From positions 66,885-130,884 of the forward strand of contig URPE01000002.1 of assembly GCA_900549625.1 (NCBI GenBank): a stretch of DNA of 64,000 nt, in the 5' to 3' direction. This document shows positions 11,296-20,995 of the stretch, one piece after another; positions within the stretch are counted from its first letter, which is position 1, and every line of letters starts with the position of its first letter. The position numbers and the translations under genes are program-made. This stretch comes from an uncultured Mycoplasmatota bacterium. GTDB lineage: Bacteria; Bacillota_I; Bacilli_A; RF39; UBA660. The notes below the pieces were generated by a model. That model saw only the letters and a program-made list of their open reading frames with translations. It was not told where the DNA came from and did no database searches.

Positions 11296-12018
11296 TTAAT
11301 ATTTAATATTTTCCAAATAAAGTCCCTCACTTGGTGCCACAAAAAATGTCTCTAATTCATAAGGATTTTCTAAAGCTTTCTTTATTAAATCAATATCTTT
11401 TTTTCCTAAACCCACATCCAACAAAGCACCAACAAGACTCCTTACCATATATCTATAAAAACTTTTACCAGTTACTCTAAAGTAATAATAATCACCACTT
11501 TTAATAACTGAAAAAGAGTTAATAACTGTCTCATAACTTTCCCTTTCACCACTCACAAAATTTTTAAAATTATGAAGTCCCAAAAAACATTTAGCCGCTT
11601 CTTGCATTTTTTCTAAATCAAACTTATCACGTGTTATATAAGCATAATCACTTAAAAAAGGATTTTTCTCACCTACATAAACCTTATATAGATAAGTTTT
11701 TTCATATACATCATGTCTAGCATGAAAATCATTCTGGACAACTTGCAAATTATTAACTACTACATACGAATTTAATAGCCTATTCATAACATACTTTAAT
11801 TTATCCAAAGAAATATCGATATCTAAATCAAAATGAATACATTGCATATAAGCATGTACCCCACGATCAGTTCTTCCTGATCCATGTACACATACGCTTT
11901 CCTTAGCAATTATAGATAGTACCCTTTCCAGTTCATTTTGAACACCTAATCCATTATTTAATCTTTGAAAACCATAAAAATGACTCCCATCATAACTAAT
12001 ACTTGCTAAATATCTCAT
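11296..12018 (-). CDS. truA: tRNA pseudouridine(38-40) synthase TruA
   Basis: YDGSxFxGFQ and catalytic GSGRTDRGVHA motif. Confidence 0.8.
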   Translation of the reverse strand: MRYLASISYDGSHFYGFQRLNNGLGVQNELERVLSIIAKESVCVHGSGRTDRGVHAYMQCIHFDLDIDISLDKLKYVMNRLLNSYVVVNNLQVVQNDFHARHDVYEKTYLYKVYVGEKNPFLSDYAYITRDKFDLEKMQEAAKCFLGLHNFKNFVSGERESYETVINSFSVIKSGDYYYFRVTGKSFYRYMVRSLVGALLDVGLGKKDIDLIKKALENPYELETFFVAPSEGLYLENIKY

Positions 12019-12659
12019 TGTACACCTCTATATATCGCCTTTAAAGTTTCATTAAACGTATAATCATGATCAATATGAAAACCTAACTCTTCTAAATACT
12101 TAACGAGTGAAACTGCATAAGGCTCATCCACATACTCATAAATTTCCTCATCATAAAAATCACTTATCAACTTACTCTTTCCATTATTATTAAAAAGATA
12201 AAAACTCTTAACTGTCTCACAAACAAAATTCATATCATTACTAATAATAATAAAAGAAATACCTGGCTTCGTCATCAAATGTCGAAACAATCTTTTAAAA
12301 TATTCTTTTTCCTTATATATCATATCATCAAAAAAATGATCAAGCACAATTACACGTGGCACATTAATAAACAATACAGCCAGTTGTAATTTCATATATT
12401 CAAGTCTTGTCAAATCTCTTATTAAAACAGTTTTTAAGCTTGCTTTTAATTCCACCATTATAAGTACTTTCTCTAGCTTTTCATCACTCACATTACACCT
12501 TAATTTAAGATACCCCATAACTGTAATATTATCATTAACACTCTTATTTAAAACATAACCAAACTCTTTATTATTACAAGTATTTTTAAATTTATAAGGA
12601 TAATTAACTATTACTGAAAAAGCATCATTTAAAACATAATCTTTTAACTTTTCTTCCAT
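12015..12659 (-). CDS. degenerate ABC-ATPase-like protein at the EcfA position (no Walker A)
   Basis: signature/Walker-B-like region LQLAVLFINVPRVIVLDHFFDD only; synteny upstream of truA. Confidence 0.35.
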   Translation of the reverse strand: MEEKLKDYVLNDAFSVIVNYPYKFKNTCNNKEFGYVLNKSVNDNITVMGYLKLRCNVSDEKLEKVLIMVELKASLKTVLIRDLTRLEYMKLQLAVLFINVPRVIVLDHFFDDMIYKEKEYFKRLFRHLMTKPGISFIIISNDMNFVCETVKSFYLFNNNGKSKLISDFYDEEIYEYVDEPYAVSLVKYLEELGFHIDHDYTFNETLKAIYRGVQ

Positions 12660-13309
12660 AATTTATCACCAAGCTCTTCTTTTGTTAAACAAACATCTCT
12701 TATAACCCCATAATATCCCAGTTGAATAGAAATATTAACATAAAAAGGTAATGAATAACCTAACAATTTCATTAATTTTTCTTCCTTTAAAATATCTAAT
12801 GTATTACCTTCCATTGCTACTCTGTTATTTTTAAGCACTATTAAATAATCAAAATAAACTGTATCATTAACCTCATTTGTTACATAAAAAATAAGAATAT
12901 TAAAATGTTTTAAATATTGAAAAAAAATTTGTCTTTCATAATTAGTAAGAATATTATGCAAATCTTCACAAAAGAAATAATCTGGATGAGTGAGTACTTT
13001 ACTAAGTAAAGCATATTTATAACCTAAATTCTTTTTATTACTTAAAAACAATTCTAAAAATTCTTTTGTATATGAGTCCCTCTCTTCTAAAGGTAAGTTA
13101 CTCTTTACACTACTAGTCTGTCCTAAATAAAAAGAAACAACTCCCTTATAATCTCTTACTTTTTGTAACTCTTTTAATAACTTACTCTTACCAGTCCCGC
13201 TTTCTCCTAAAACACACATTGATTTAGTAATAGAAAAAGATAAGTCATGAATCATCACTTTATTATTAACGAGTACATTAAAATGTCTTACTAAAAAAAA
13301 CTTCTCCAT
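12644..13309 (-). CDS. ABC-ATPase-like protein at the EcfA position, Walker A present, signature degenerate
   Basis: GESGTGKS Walker A; LSGGQ replaced; Walker B-like DYFFCEDLH. Confidence 0.4.
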   Translation of the reverse strand: MEKFFLVRHFNVLVNNKVMIHDLSFSITKSMCVLGESGTGKSKLLKELQKVRDYKGVVSFYLGQTSSVKSNLPLEERDSYTKEFLELFLSNKKNLGYKYALLSKVLTHPDYFFCEDLHNILTNYERQIFFQYLKHFNILIFYVTNEVNDTVYFDYLIVLKNNRVAMEGNTLDILKEEKLMKLLGYSLPFYVNISIQLGYYGVIRDVCLTKEELGDKLWKKS

Positions 13310-13360
13310 AATATCACTGCTTTAATTTTAAAATAAAAGCAAAAAAAAAGAAAGTATAAA

Positions 13361-13687
13361 TTACTTTTCATCTGGTACTTTTATAATATATTCTCCTGGC
13401 AATGAATACATATACTTTTCTCTTGCATAACGTGCAATATAATCTTTATCATGTAATTTTGTAACTTCACTTGTTAAACTTTCTTCTTCATCCATTAATT
13501 TACTATAATAATTAGTAAGTGATGCTATTTCATTTTTATTATCTATTATTTGTACCCAATCATGAAAAATAGACGCAAAAGAAAGAAACACTATTCCCAG
13601 AAATACAATCGATAAAATCAAAAATCTTTTTTTTGCTTTTCTAGAGCCTTTCTTCTTCATTAGTCCACCCTTCTTTACTAACAACAT
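13361..13687 (-). CDS. divIC: septum formation initiator DivIC/FtsB family protein
   Basis: basic N-terminus, single TM, coiled coil, C-terminal DKDYIARYAREKYMYSLPGE typical of FtsB/DivIC; yabP-yabQ-divIC synteny. Confidence 0.6.
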   Translation of the reverse strand: MLLVKKGGLMKKKGSRKAKKRFLILSIVFLGIVFLSFASIFHDWVQIIDNKNEIASLTNYYSKLMDEEESLTSEVTKLHDKDYIARYAREKYMYSLPGEYIIKVPDEK

Positions 13688-13695
13688 AAATTATA

Positions 13696-14010
13696 TCACT
13701 TGTTAAAAAACTTATCTACTTGCCTTTGTTTAATTCTTTTGAACTTTACGTTATTTGACAATACTCTTTCTAAAATAAAACCAATGATAACTAAAACTAA
13801 AAAATAAAAATGTAATATTCCCCCATTAATATTATAAAGAAGATAAATATAAGAAAGACTTATAACACTCATAAACAAGAAAGTATATATATACCACCAA
13901 AATATATTTAACTTTTTAATAAAGAAAAAGTGAATTTTAGAAAGAATTGAAAAGAAAAAGCCAAAAACTAAGGAAGCCAAAAAAGAAAGTATCTGTAACT
14001 CTACTGTCAT
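13696..14010 (-). CDS. yabQ: YabQ-like spore cortex biosynthesis membrane protein
   Basis: small polytopic membrane protein at the conserved yabP-yabQ-divIC position. Confidence 0.4.
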   Translation of the reverse strand: MTVELQILSFLASLVFGFFFSILSKIHFFFIKKLNIFWWYIYTFLFMSVISLSYIYLLYNINGGILHFYFLVLVIIGFILERVLSNNVKFKRIKQRQVDKFFNK

Positions 14011-14312
14011 TACTTAAACAACTTAGCCATAAAACTTTCTTCTTTTTTCTTTGATTCACCTTTATCTAAATATTGATAGCTTACTATTTTACCTTTAATA
14101 CGAACATTACCATCATGGGTATCTAATTTTAGCAATTCTAAATTATTACCTTTTAAAAGTAATACCCCCATTGTTGTATCTAATAAAAACTCTTGTTCAT
14201 CAAAACTAGTAATTTTTTTTACACCCGTCAAGTATATTTCTCTTCTATCAATTATTTTAACCTCATGACTACTACTAACTAAATTAATACTAGTTTGTTC
14301 CATATTCTTCAC
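14010..14312 (-). CDS. yabP: sporulation protein YabP
   Basis: LTGVKKITSFDEQEF..LKGNNLEL..G.VRIKG pattern matching YabP. Confidence 0.65.
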   Translation of the reverse strand: MKNMEQTSINLVSSSHEVKIIDRREIYLTGVKKITSFDEQEFLLDTTMGVLLLKGNNLELLKLDTHDGNVRIKGKIVSYQYLDKGESKKKEESFMAKLFK

Positions 14313-14364
14313 CTATAAAAATATATGCTAAATAATAAAAAAAATTCTAGTCTAACTAGAACTT

Positions 14365-14634
14365 TTAATCAGAAGTGTTTTTATATTCTTCTAAAATTGC
14401 GTCTGTAAATTCACTACGAACATCTGGATTAATAGGATGGCAAACGTCTTTATATTCTCCAGTAGCTGTTTTTCTACTTGGCATAGCAATAAATAAACCA
14501 TTGTCTCCTTCAATAATACGAATGTCATGAACAGCAAAAGCATCGTCAATCAAAACTGATGCAATTCCTCTCAATCGTGAATTTTCTTTCGTAATTTTAC
14601 GAACGCTTACAGATGTAATTTTCATCATCTTCAC
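14365..14634 (-). CDS. spoVG: septation regulator SpoVG
   Basis: LRGIASVLIDDAFAVHDIRIIEGDNGLFIAMPSRKT..HPIN strongly SpoVG-like. Confidence 0.85.
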   Translation of the reverse strand: MKMMKITSVSVRKITKENSRLRGIASVLIDDAFAVHDIRIIEGDNGLFIAMPSRKTATGEYKDVCHPINPDVRSEFTDAILEEYKNTSD

Positions 14635-14703
14635 TCCTCTTCTTAAAGTTATGATTAACTTCTAATATCATTTTATAGCATAATATAAAGAAATTCAAGC
14701 ATT

Positions 14704-14916
14704 TTACATTAATTTTACAACCACATCACCAATTATAACATCGGCATAATTAAAACTTTTTTCAGTGCCATCAATATTAACTGTGAAAACATAAGGATAT
14801 ACCCCTGATAAAACTCCTCTATAGGTATTATTTTTATTACGCATGCCATAGACATGAATAACCACGTCCTTATCAAGATAACTTTTAATTTTATCTCTTA
14901 CTATATCTAAATTCAT
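14704..14916 (-). CDS. veg: Veg-family small protein
   Basis: 70-aa protein with YPYVFTVNIDG..SF.YADV pattern; ksgA-yabG-veg synteny. Confidence 0.55.
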   Translation of the reverse strand: MNLDIVRDKIKSYLDKDVVIHVYGMRNKNNTYRGVLSGVYPYVFTVNIDGTEKSFNYADVIIGDVVVKLM

Positions 14917-14924
14917 AATCCTCC

Positions 14925-15701
14925 TTATCTTGGAAATCCTACATACATCATGCCATTACTAATAATTCCTCCCATGCCACTCGCACCATACTTAGTTTTT
15001 TTAAGTAAACTAACTAAATCAATCTCCTTATTACGTTCACTTGTTGCCAACACACATGCGATTATAGCCGGATCTAAAGCATGAATATTTACTCTTTTAG
15101 GTGAACTAGCAAAATTTGCTCCAGCTTTAATTAACTCTTCATAATTACTCTGACAAGCTCCAGCAATAATTACTAATTTTTCATGACTCTTCTCATAACG
15201 TCTAGCCTCTTTAACGGCTTCTACAAAATACTTCGTATTACGATAATTTTTAATATCTTTTGTATCACCTTTTTTTGAATAATAAGCATCATGCCCAGTA
15301 ATAATGACAATATCCGGTTGATAATCTACTAATAAGTCTTTAATTTGTTTAGGAACATCTTTTTCTGTAATCTTTTTACCAACAGCCATTACTTTATTAT
15401 TTTGATAAAAACGCATACATCTTGCTAAATAATCAGCATCAGCATCAATATGGAGCACCTTACCAGGTAAGTAAAAATAGTCCCCAAGAAATCTATCACT
15501 AAGCATTTCATCTTCTTCTACAGTTCTATCGTCATCTTCATAAATTGCTAGATCTTCTAAAGGTGCATCAGCATAAAGTCTTACTTGCGTCCCTTTTAAA
15601 TATGCAACTTCACCCCGAATACTAAGGATCTTAAAAACAACATCATTTTTATAACTATTACGAGTAACTAAATCTCCTTCATGAAATTCCATACTTTTCA
15701 C
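14925..15701 (-). CDS. yabG: sporulation-specific protease YabG
   Basis: ITGHDAY, AGACQS and GANFASSPKRVNIHALDP motifs as in B. subtilis YabG. Confidence 0.8.
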   Translation of the reverse strand: MKSMEFHEGDLVTRNSYKNDVVFKILSIRGEVAYLKGTQVRLYADAPLEDLAIYEDDDRTVEEDEMLSDRFLGDYFYLPGKVLHIDADADYLARCMRFYQNNKVMAVGKKITEKDVPKQIKDLLVDYQPDIVIITGHDAYYSKKGDTKDIKNYRNTKYFVEAVKEARRYEKSHEKLVIIAGACQSNYEELIKAGANFASSPKRVNIHALDPAIIACVLATSERNKEIDLVSLLKKTKYGASGMGGIISNGMMYVGFPR

Positions 15702-15730
15702 CTATAAAATTGTATGAAAAAACTAGCAAT

Positions 15731-16507
15731 TTATGCTAGACTTTTAAAAATAGTAACAAACTCTTCATAAGAAAGTTCTTCTGCTCTTACTGTATTTGGA
15801 TTAGCAAAGGTCCTAAGTACAATTTCAATTTTATGCCAATCATAACCCTTTAAATTATTTCGTAAAGTCTTTCTTTTATTTTGAAAACAATCCTTTAAGA
15901 ATACTTGAAATTCGTTAATGTCAATACTTTCTCTATTCTCTTTTTTTACTAATTTCACCACTTCACTCATAACTTTAGGAGCTGGCGTAAAACAACTAGG
16001 ACTTACAGAAAAAAGTGATTCAGATTCAAAAAAATGTTTTAAGTAAACTGTAAAATAACCATATGTTTTAGTTCCAGGCGTGGCGCAAAATCTTTCTGCT
16101 ACTTCTTTTTGAACAAGTAAAGTCATACCAGCTATATCTAAGCCACTTGATAAAACATGTTCAATAATAGGCGTTGTAATATAATAAGGAATATTAGCAA
16201 TAACATAAATACTACCATGCTCTAAAGGAATATCCTGTGTTATATCTCTTTTTAAAAAGTCATCAAATATTATGCTTGTATCCTCTGATTCAAAATGCAA
16301 AAGTAAACTTTCCATTCGTGTATCAATTTCATAACATATAAGATGGCCATTTTTCTCTACTAAATGCTTAGTAAGTGCTCCTTGTCCTGGGCCAATTTCT
16401 ATTATGACATCATCACAAGTTGTCGAAAAACTATTTGCTATTTTTTTTAATATATTTTCATCCTTCAAAAAATTTTGACCTAAACTTTTTTTTGCTTTTA
16501 TATCCAT
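15731..16507 (-). CDS. rsmA: 16S rRNA (adenine1518/1519-N6)-dimethyltransferase RsmA/KsgA
   Basis: SLGQNFL and EIGPGQGALT SAM-binding motifs. Confidence 0.85.
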   Translation of the reverse strand: MDIKAKKSLGQNFLKDENILKKIANSFSTTCDDVIIEIGPGQGALTKHLVEKNGHLICYEIDTRMESLLLHFESEDTSIIFDDFLKRDITQDIPLEHGSIYVIANIPYYITTPIIEHVLSSGLDIAGMTLLVQKEVAERFCATPGTKTYGYFTVYLKHFFESESLFSVSPSCFTPAPKVMSEVVKLVKKENRESIDINEFQVFLKDCFQNKRKTLRNNLKGYDWHKIEIVLRTFANPNTVRAEELSYEEFVTIFKSLA

Positions 16508-16510
16508 TAC

Positions 16511-17053
16511 TTAACGAGTCCATCCTTCTCTTAAAACATCATAACCAAGTGTCTTACGTCCAACATACTTTGTTGCTTCGCTTTCATTAGCCATTAAAAT
16601 ATCCAAATCATTACCTAAGACACCACGATCAAGCACTATTGCTATAATTGGCTCCATAGATAAACTATTCATTTGAAAACGCACTATTGAACCACATGGT
16701 AAATTACTAGATGAAGCCACAATTCTTACATTACCATATGCTAAATCAGGATATGTTGTTGTACCATCTTTAACATTATAAGAACTATTGCAAGCAAGTC
16801 TTCCCGAGCAAAGAGGACAATCAGCAGCATAACCAGTTATATCACCAGTATAAGTATCTTTAGCACTATATAAATCATTTTTTATATCACTTTCAAGTTT
16901 TAAAGCCATTGTTGATAAATCAATAACTCTATTACTAGCATCATTACTAACTTTAGTAACTTCTTTTGTTGTACTAACATTAGCAATAAAAATAAAGGAA
17001 ACCATTATAAATACTTGTAAAAGTTTTTTAATATTTTTAGTAAATTTTTGCAT
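16511..17053 (-). CDS. 3D-domain (YabE/YuiC-like) secreted protein
   Basis: signal anchor and C-terminal D..D..G.RK pattern of 3D domains; position upstream of ksgA as for yabE. Confidence 0.45.
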   Translation of the reverse strand: MQKFTKNIKKLLQVFIMVSFIFIANVSTTKEVTKVSNDASNRVIDLSTMALKLESDIKNDLYSAKDTYTGDITGYAADCPLCSGRLACNSSYNVKDGTTTYPDLAYGNVRIVASSSNLPCGSIVRFQMNSLSMEPIIAIVLDRGVLGNDLDILMANESEATKYVGRKTLGYDVLREGWTR

Positions 17054-17185
17054 CTAAGGAACACCTCTTTTTACAAGAAAATAATAACATAGATAAAATA
17101 TTTTGTCAAAAATTGTCGAACACAACATTTTTATAGATCATTAAAAAAGAAAGTTTAATTATCACTTTCTAAAAATAAGTAAATA

Positions 17186-17788
17186 TTATCTGTTTTTACT
17201 ATTACTATTTTGTATTTCTTCTAAAATATATTCACTTTCATTATTTGTTTTTTCTTTTGCCATATTTAATATCAACCGCTGTTCTTGCATTATTTTCTTA
17301 TAATCAAAAATATTTGTTATCAAAGAAAATGGTATTGGCTTTTCTGAAGGAGAAGATTTAATATGTCGAACATTAATATCTAAACTCATTCCATAACCAG
17401 AGTTACTTGTTAAAGTATAATAATCTTTATAAGCAGGACATTCAATTATTATATAACCATATCTATTAGGACAAGCTCCACCTAAATACCAATCTATCCC
17501 AGCATTATTTTCCCCATTAACATACTCATCTTTTCTTTCATCTATTATAAATCCTTTATGTTGATAAATTTTTAGCGTATCAAAAGATATGCACCTATAA
17601 CAATGATTAGGTTTACATTCATAATCCCCAATTTTCCTTATGGTATGATCTCTTCCACCTTTACTTTTACAAGCCATTCTAATTTTTTCTTGCATAGTTA
17701 ATTCTTCACCATTAAGTTGTTTTTCTTGTATTTTTCTTATTTCTAAATCATTTGATAATGGCAAATCACATACATTATATAAATCCAT
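17186..17788 (-). CDS. hypothetical Cys-rich protein (200 aa)
   Basis: ORF only. Confidence 0.35.
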   Translation of the reverse strand: MDLYNVCDLPLSNDLEIRKIQEKQLNGEELTMQEKIRMACKSKGGRDHTIRKIGDYECKPNHCYRCISFDTLKIYQHKGFIIDERKDEYVNGENNAGIDWYLGGACPNRYGYIIIECPAYKDYYTLTSNSGYGMSLDINVRHIKSSPSEKPIPFSLITNIFDYKKIMQEQRLILNMAKEKTNNESEYILEEIQNSNSKNR

Positions 17789-17796
17789 AAATTCTC

Positions 17797-18171
17797 CTAT
17801 TTAACACTATAAACATTACTAATATTATTATTAACATCCTTAATCCAAACATAATATTTCTTACCACCATACACCGTAGTAGAAGCAGTTTCTCCTATCA
17901 TATCTTTCCAACATATATTATTATCGTTTGGAATAGTCTTAGTAGATTTCACACAATATTTTGAAGTATTACCAGAGGCTTTAATAACTAACTTACCATT
18001 TACAATATTAACTGACTCTATTTTAGCGTCCACATTATCATCAACTTTTACATAATAAGAATTACTTTCATTATTATTAGATACTAAATTACTAGCCACT
18101 ACAAAAGTAAAAATACATAATATAGTTAACCCACCAAAAATAATAAATGAAACAGAACTATTACTTTGCAT
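17797..18171 (-). CDS. small membrane-anchored/secreted hypothetical protein
   Basis: N-terminal TM, overlaps start of ATPase gene by 11 nt. Confidence 0.35.
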   Translation of the reverse strand: MQSNSSVSFIIFGGLTILCIFTFVVASNLVSNNNESNSYYVKVDDNVDAKIESVNIVNGKLVIKASGNTSKYCVKSTKTIPNDNNICWKDMIGETASTTVYGGKKYYVWIKDVNNNISNVYSVK

Positions 18172-20782
18172 TATCTTTCACCTCCGTATAATCTTTAAAT
18201 AATTTAGCATAAAGTGGCTTAACAACCTCACCAATCACAAATAATAATAAACATATACCTAAGACAACAACAATGTTTATAATTCCTATATTATCCACCA
18301 CAAAAAATTTAGACAAACCAGTAGTTAACACCAAAACTTGTACAATTAATAATCCTGCGAGTCCCAAAGATAAACGCTTATTACTAAATATATCTTTATT
18401 TAAAACTGAACATTTTAAATTTCTACAAGATAATGAATAAAGTAACTCATTACCAATTAAGAAAATAAACATTAAAGATCCTGCCACTCCACTATCATAA
18501 GTCTTTGCATAATAAACAAACAATACTAACATTATTATTGATTTAACCAATGCACTTATAACTATTTTTGCTATTAAAAATGGTGTAAAAAAACTTGTAT
18601 TTACTCTATTAGGCACATTTTCCATAATATCTTTTTCACTTTTTTCAAAAGCAAGCATTATTGCTGGTATTGAATCTGTCACAAGATTTATCCACAAAAG
18701 CTGTAAAGTTGTAAACATTTCCATATTTAAAAGCATTGAAGCAAAAACCAAAATTACCTCTATAATATTTCCAGCCAACAAATACAAAATAACCTTTTTT
18801 ATATTTGTTGTTATTCTTCTGCCTTCTTCAACGCCATCTACTATCGTTGAAAAACTATCATCTACTAATATACAATCAGCCACCTTTTTTACAACCTCTG
18901 TACCAGTAATACCCATACCGATACCTATATCAGCCTTTTGTATAGCCGGAGCATCATTTACTCCATCACCAGTCATTGCTACAACATAGCCAAGTGATTG
19001 TAATGCTTCTACAATTCTTAATTTAGCACTTGGTGTAATTCTTGCATAAACTTGATATTTTTTTACTGCATCTAATAGCTCATCATCAGTCATCTTATCA
19101 ATGTATTTACCTTCAATTGCTTTTTCATCGCTATCTATAATATTAACAGATTTAGCAATAGCAATAGCCGTATTAATACTATCACCTGTAATCATCACTG
19201 GCTTTAATCCGGCGTGATAGCAAACATCAATTGCATTAGGCACGCTCTCTCTAGGTGGATCCATCATACCAATCATACCAATAAAAATCATATCAGTTTC
19301 AGGATTATCAAAATCTTGTCTTTTATAAGCAAAAGCAAGTAGTCTTAATGACTTCCGCGATAAATCTTTTTCAATCGCAAATATTTTTTTCTTATATTCT
19401 TCATCAAGTTCATAAACTTTATCATTAATTACATAGCTCTTACAATTGTTAATAACAGCATCTAAACTGCCCTTAGTAAATGAGTAAACACTATCACCAA
19501 ATTGATTAATTGTACTCATCATTTTTCGATCAGAATCAAAAGGATACTCCTTTAATCTTTTACAATTATCAACCGAGAAATTAGTACTTTCTAAATACTT
19601 ATAAATGGATACCTCTGTTTCATCACCCATATAGCCATTTTCATTTTTAACTACGTTTTGACAAAGAGACGCACACAACTTTAATAAGAAAACACTAGGA
19701 ACAATATCTTTATCTGTATACAATATATCATTAACAAATATAGATTTTACAAGCATTTTATTTTGCGTAATAGTTCCTGTTTTATCAGAACATATTATAT
19801 CAGTTGACCCAAGTGTTTCAACCGAAGCCATCTTTCTTATAATTACATTTCTTTTAGCCATTGTACTCATTCCAAGTGATAAAATAATTGTTATAATAGA
19901 ACTTAAACCCTCAGGTATAGCCGCAACTGCAAGAGATATTGAAAGCATCAAAATATCAAAAAAATCATTTTTCATTAAAAGTCCTAACCCCATCATAACA
20001 AATATTATTGCCAAAACAACGTACGTCAATACCCTACTAATTTGATTTACTTTCTTTTGTAATGGTGTAATATCAGCCTTTTTGTTAGTTAAACTAGTCG
20101 CAATTTTACCAAGTTCCGTATTCATCCCAGTCGCACATACAAGAACAAACGCATGCCCATTAATCACATTACAACCAGCATAGACCATATTTTTTCTTTC
20201 ATATAATTCTTTTTCTTCAAATATATCATTACTATCTTTTTTAATTGACTTAGATTCACCAGTTAATGTTGATTCATTTATTTCTAATTTTTCTGACGAT
20301 ATAACCCTAGCATCCGCAGAAACATAATCACCAGCTTCCAATTCTACAATATCTCCAACTACAATTTCTCTAACGTCAACAAGTTTTTTTTCGCCATTCC
20401 TAATAACGTAATTATTGGTTACAAACATTTTGTTTAACTCATCAATCGCTGCATCTGCTTTCTTTTCTTGAACAAAACTAAGAACAGCATTTATTATAAC
20501 AATTATAATTATAATTATAGAATCAGCATAAGATTCATGTTGGATATATGACACAACTGCTGAAAATAAAGAAGCACAAATAAGTAATATAACCATAAAA
20601 TCATTAAATTGTTCCAAAAACAATAAAAAATTTGATTTTCTTTTTTGATCGGCAAGTTTATTCTCACCATACTTCTCTAATCTTTTTTTTGCCTCTTCTA
20701 AAGATAGACCATGTATATTAGTATCTAATCTTTCGTACAACTCACTAATACTTTCATTATAAAAGTTTTTTTTATTTTCCAT
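18161..20782 (-). CDS. P-type cation-transporting ATPase (P2A, Ca2+-ATPase-like)
   Basis: DKTGTIT phosphorylation site, TGDGVNDAPA hinge motif, about 10 TM helices. Confidence 0.85.
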   Translation of the reverse strand: MENKKNFYNESISELYERLDTNIHGLSLEEAKKRLEKYGENKLADQKRKSNFLLFLEQFNDFMVILLICASLFSAVVSYIQHESYADSIIIIIIVIINAVLSFVQEKKADAAIDELNKMFVTNNYVIRNGEKKLVDVREIVVGDIVELEAGDYVSADARVISSEKLEINESTLTGESKSIKKDSNDIFEEKELYERKNMVYAGCNVINGHAFVLVCATGMNTELGKIATSLTNKKADITPLQKKVNQISRVLTYVVLAIIFVMMGLGLLMKNDFFDILMLSISLAVAAIPEGLSSIITIILSLGMSTMAKRNVIIRKMASVETLGSTDIICSDKTGTITQNKMLVKSIFVNDILYTDKDIVPSVFLLKLCASLCQNVVKNENGYMGDETEVSIYKYLESTNFSVDNCKRLKEYPFDSDRKMMSTINQFGDSVYSFTKGSLDAVINNCKSYVINDKVYELDEEYKKKIFAIEKDLSRKSLRLLAFAYKRQDFDNPETDMIFIGMIGMMDPPRESVPNAIDVCYHAGLKPVMITGDSINTAIAIAKSVNIIDSDEKAIEGKYIDKMTDDELLDAVKKYQVYARITPSAKLRIVEALQSLGYVVAMTGDGVNDAPAIQKADIGIGMGITGTEVVKKVADCILVDDSFSTIVDGVEEGRRITTNIKKVILYLLAGNIIEVILVFASMLLNMEMFTTLQLLWINLVTDSIPAIMLAFEKSEKDIMENVPNRVNTSFFTPFLIAKIVISALVKSIIMLVLFVYYAKTYDSGVAGSLMFIFLIGNELLYSLSCRNLKCSVLNKDIFSNKRLSLGLAGLLIVQVLVLTTGLSKFFVVDNIGIINIVVVLGICLLLFVIGEVVKPLYAKLFKDYTEVKDNAK

Positions 20783-20803
20783 AACTATTTTCTCCTTTAA
20801 ATT

Positions 20804-20995
20804 CTAATCAATAACATAAGATAAAATAAGTAAAACAATAACAAACATAAGACCTGCAACAGCCACAATAGTTCCCAAATTTATAAGAACATAATGTGTA
20901 TTTTTTTTTAATATTAACCCACAATTTCGACAATATATATCGGTATTTCTATTAGTACCATTACAGTTAAAACACTTTTTCATTTCATTCTCCAT
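20804..20995 (-). CDS. small zinc-ribbon membrane protein
   Basis: CFNCNG..CRNCG zinc ribbon then TM helix. Confidence 0.35.
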   Translation of the reverse strand: MENEMKKCFNCNGTNRNTDIYCRNCGLILKKNTHYVLINLGTIVAVAGLMFVIVLLILSYVID

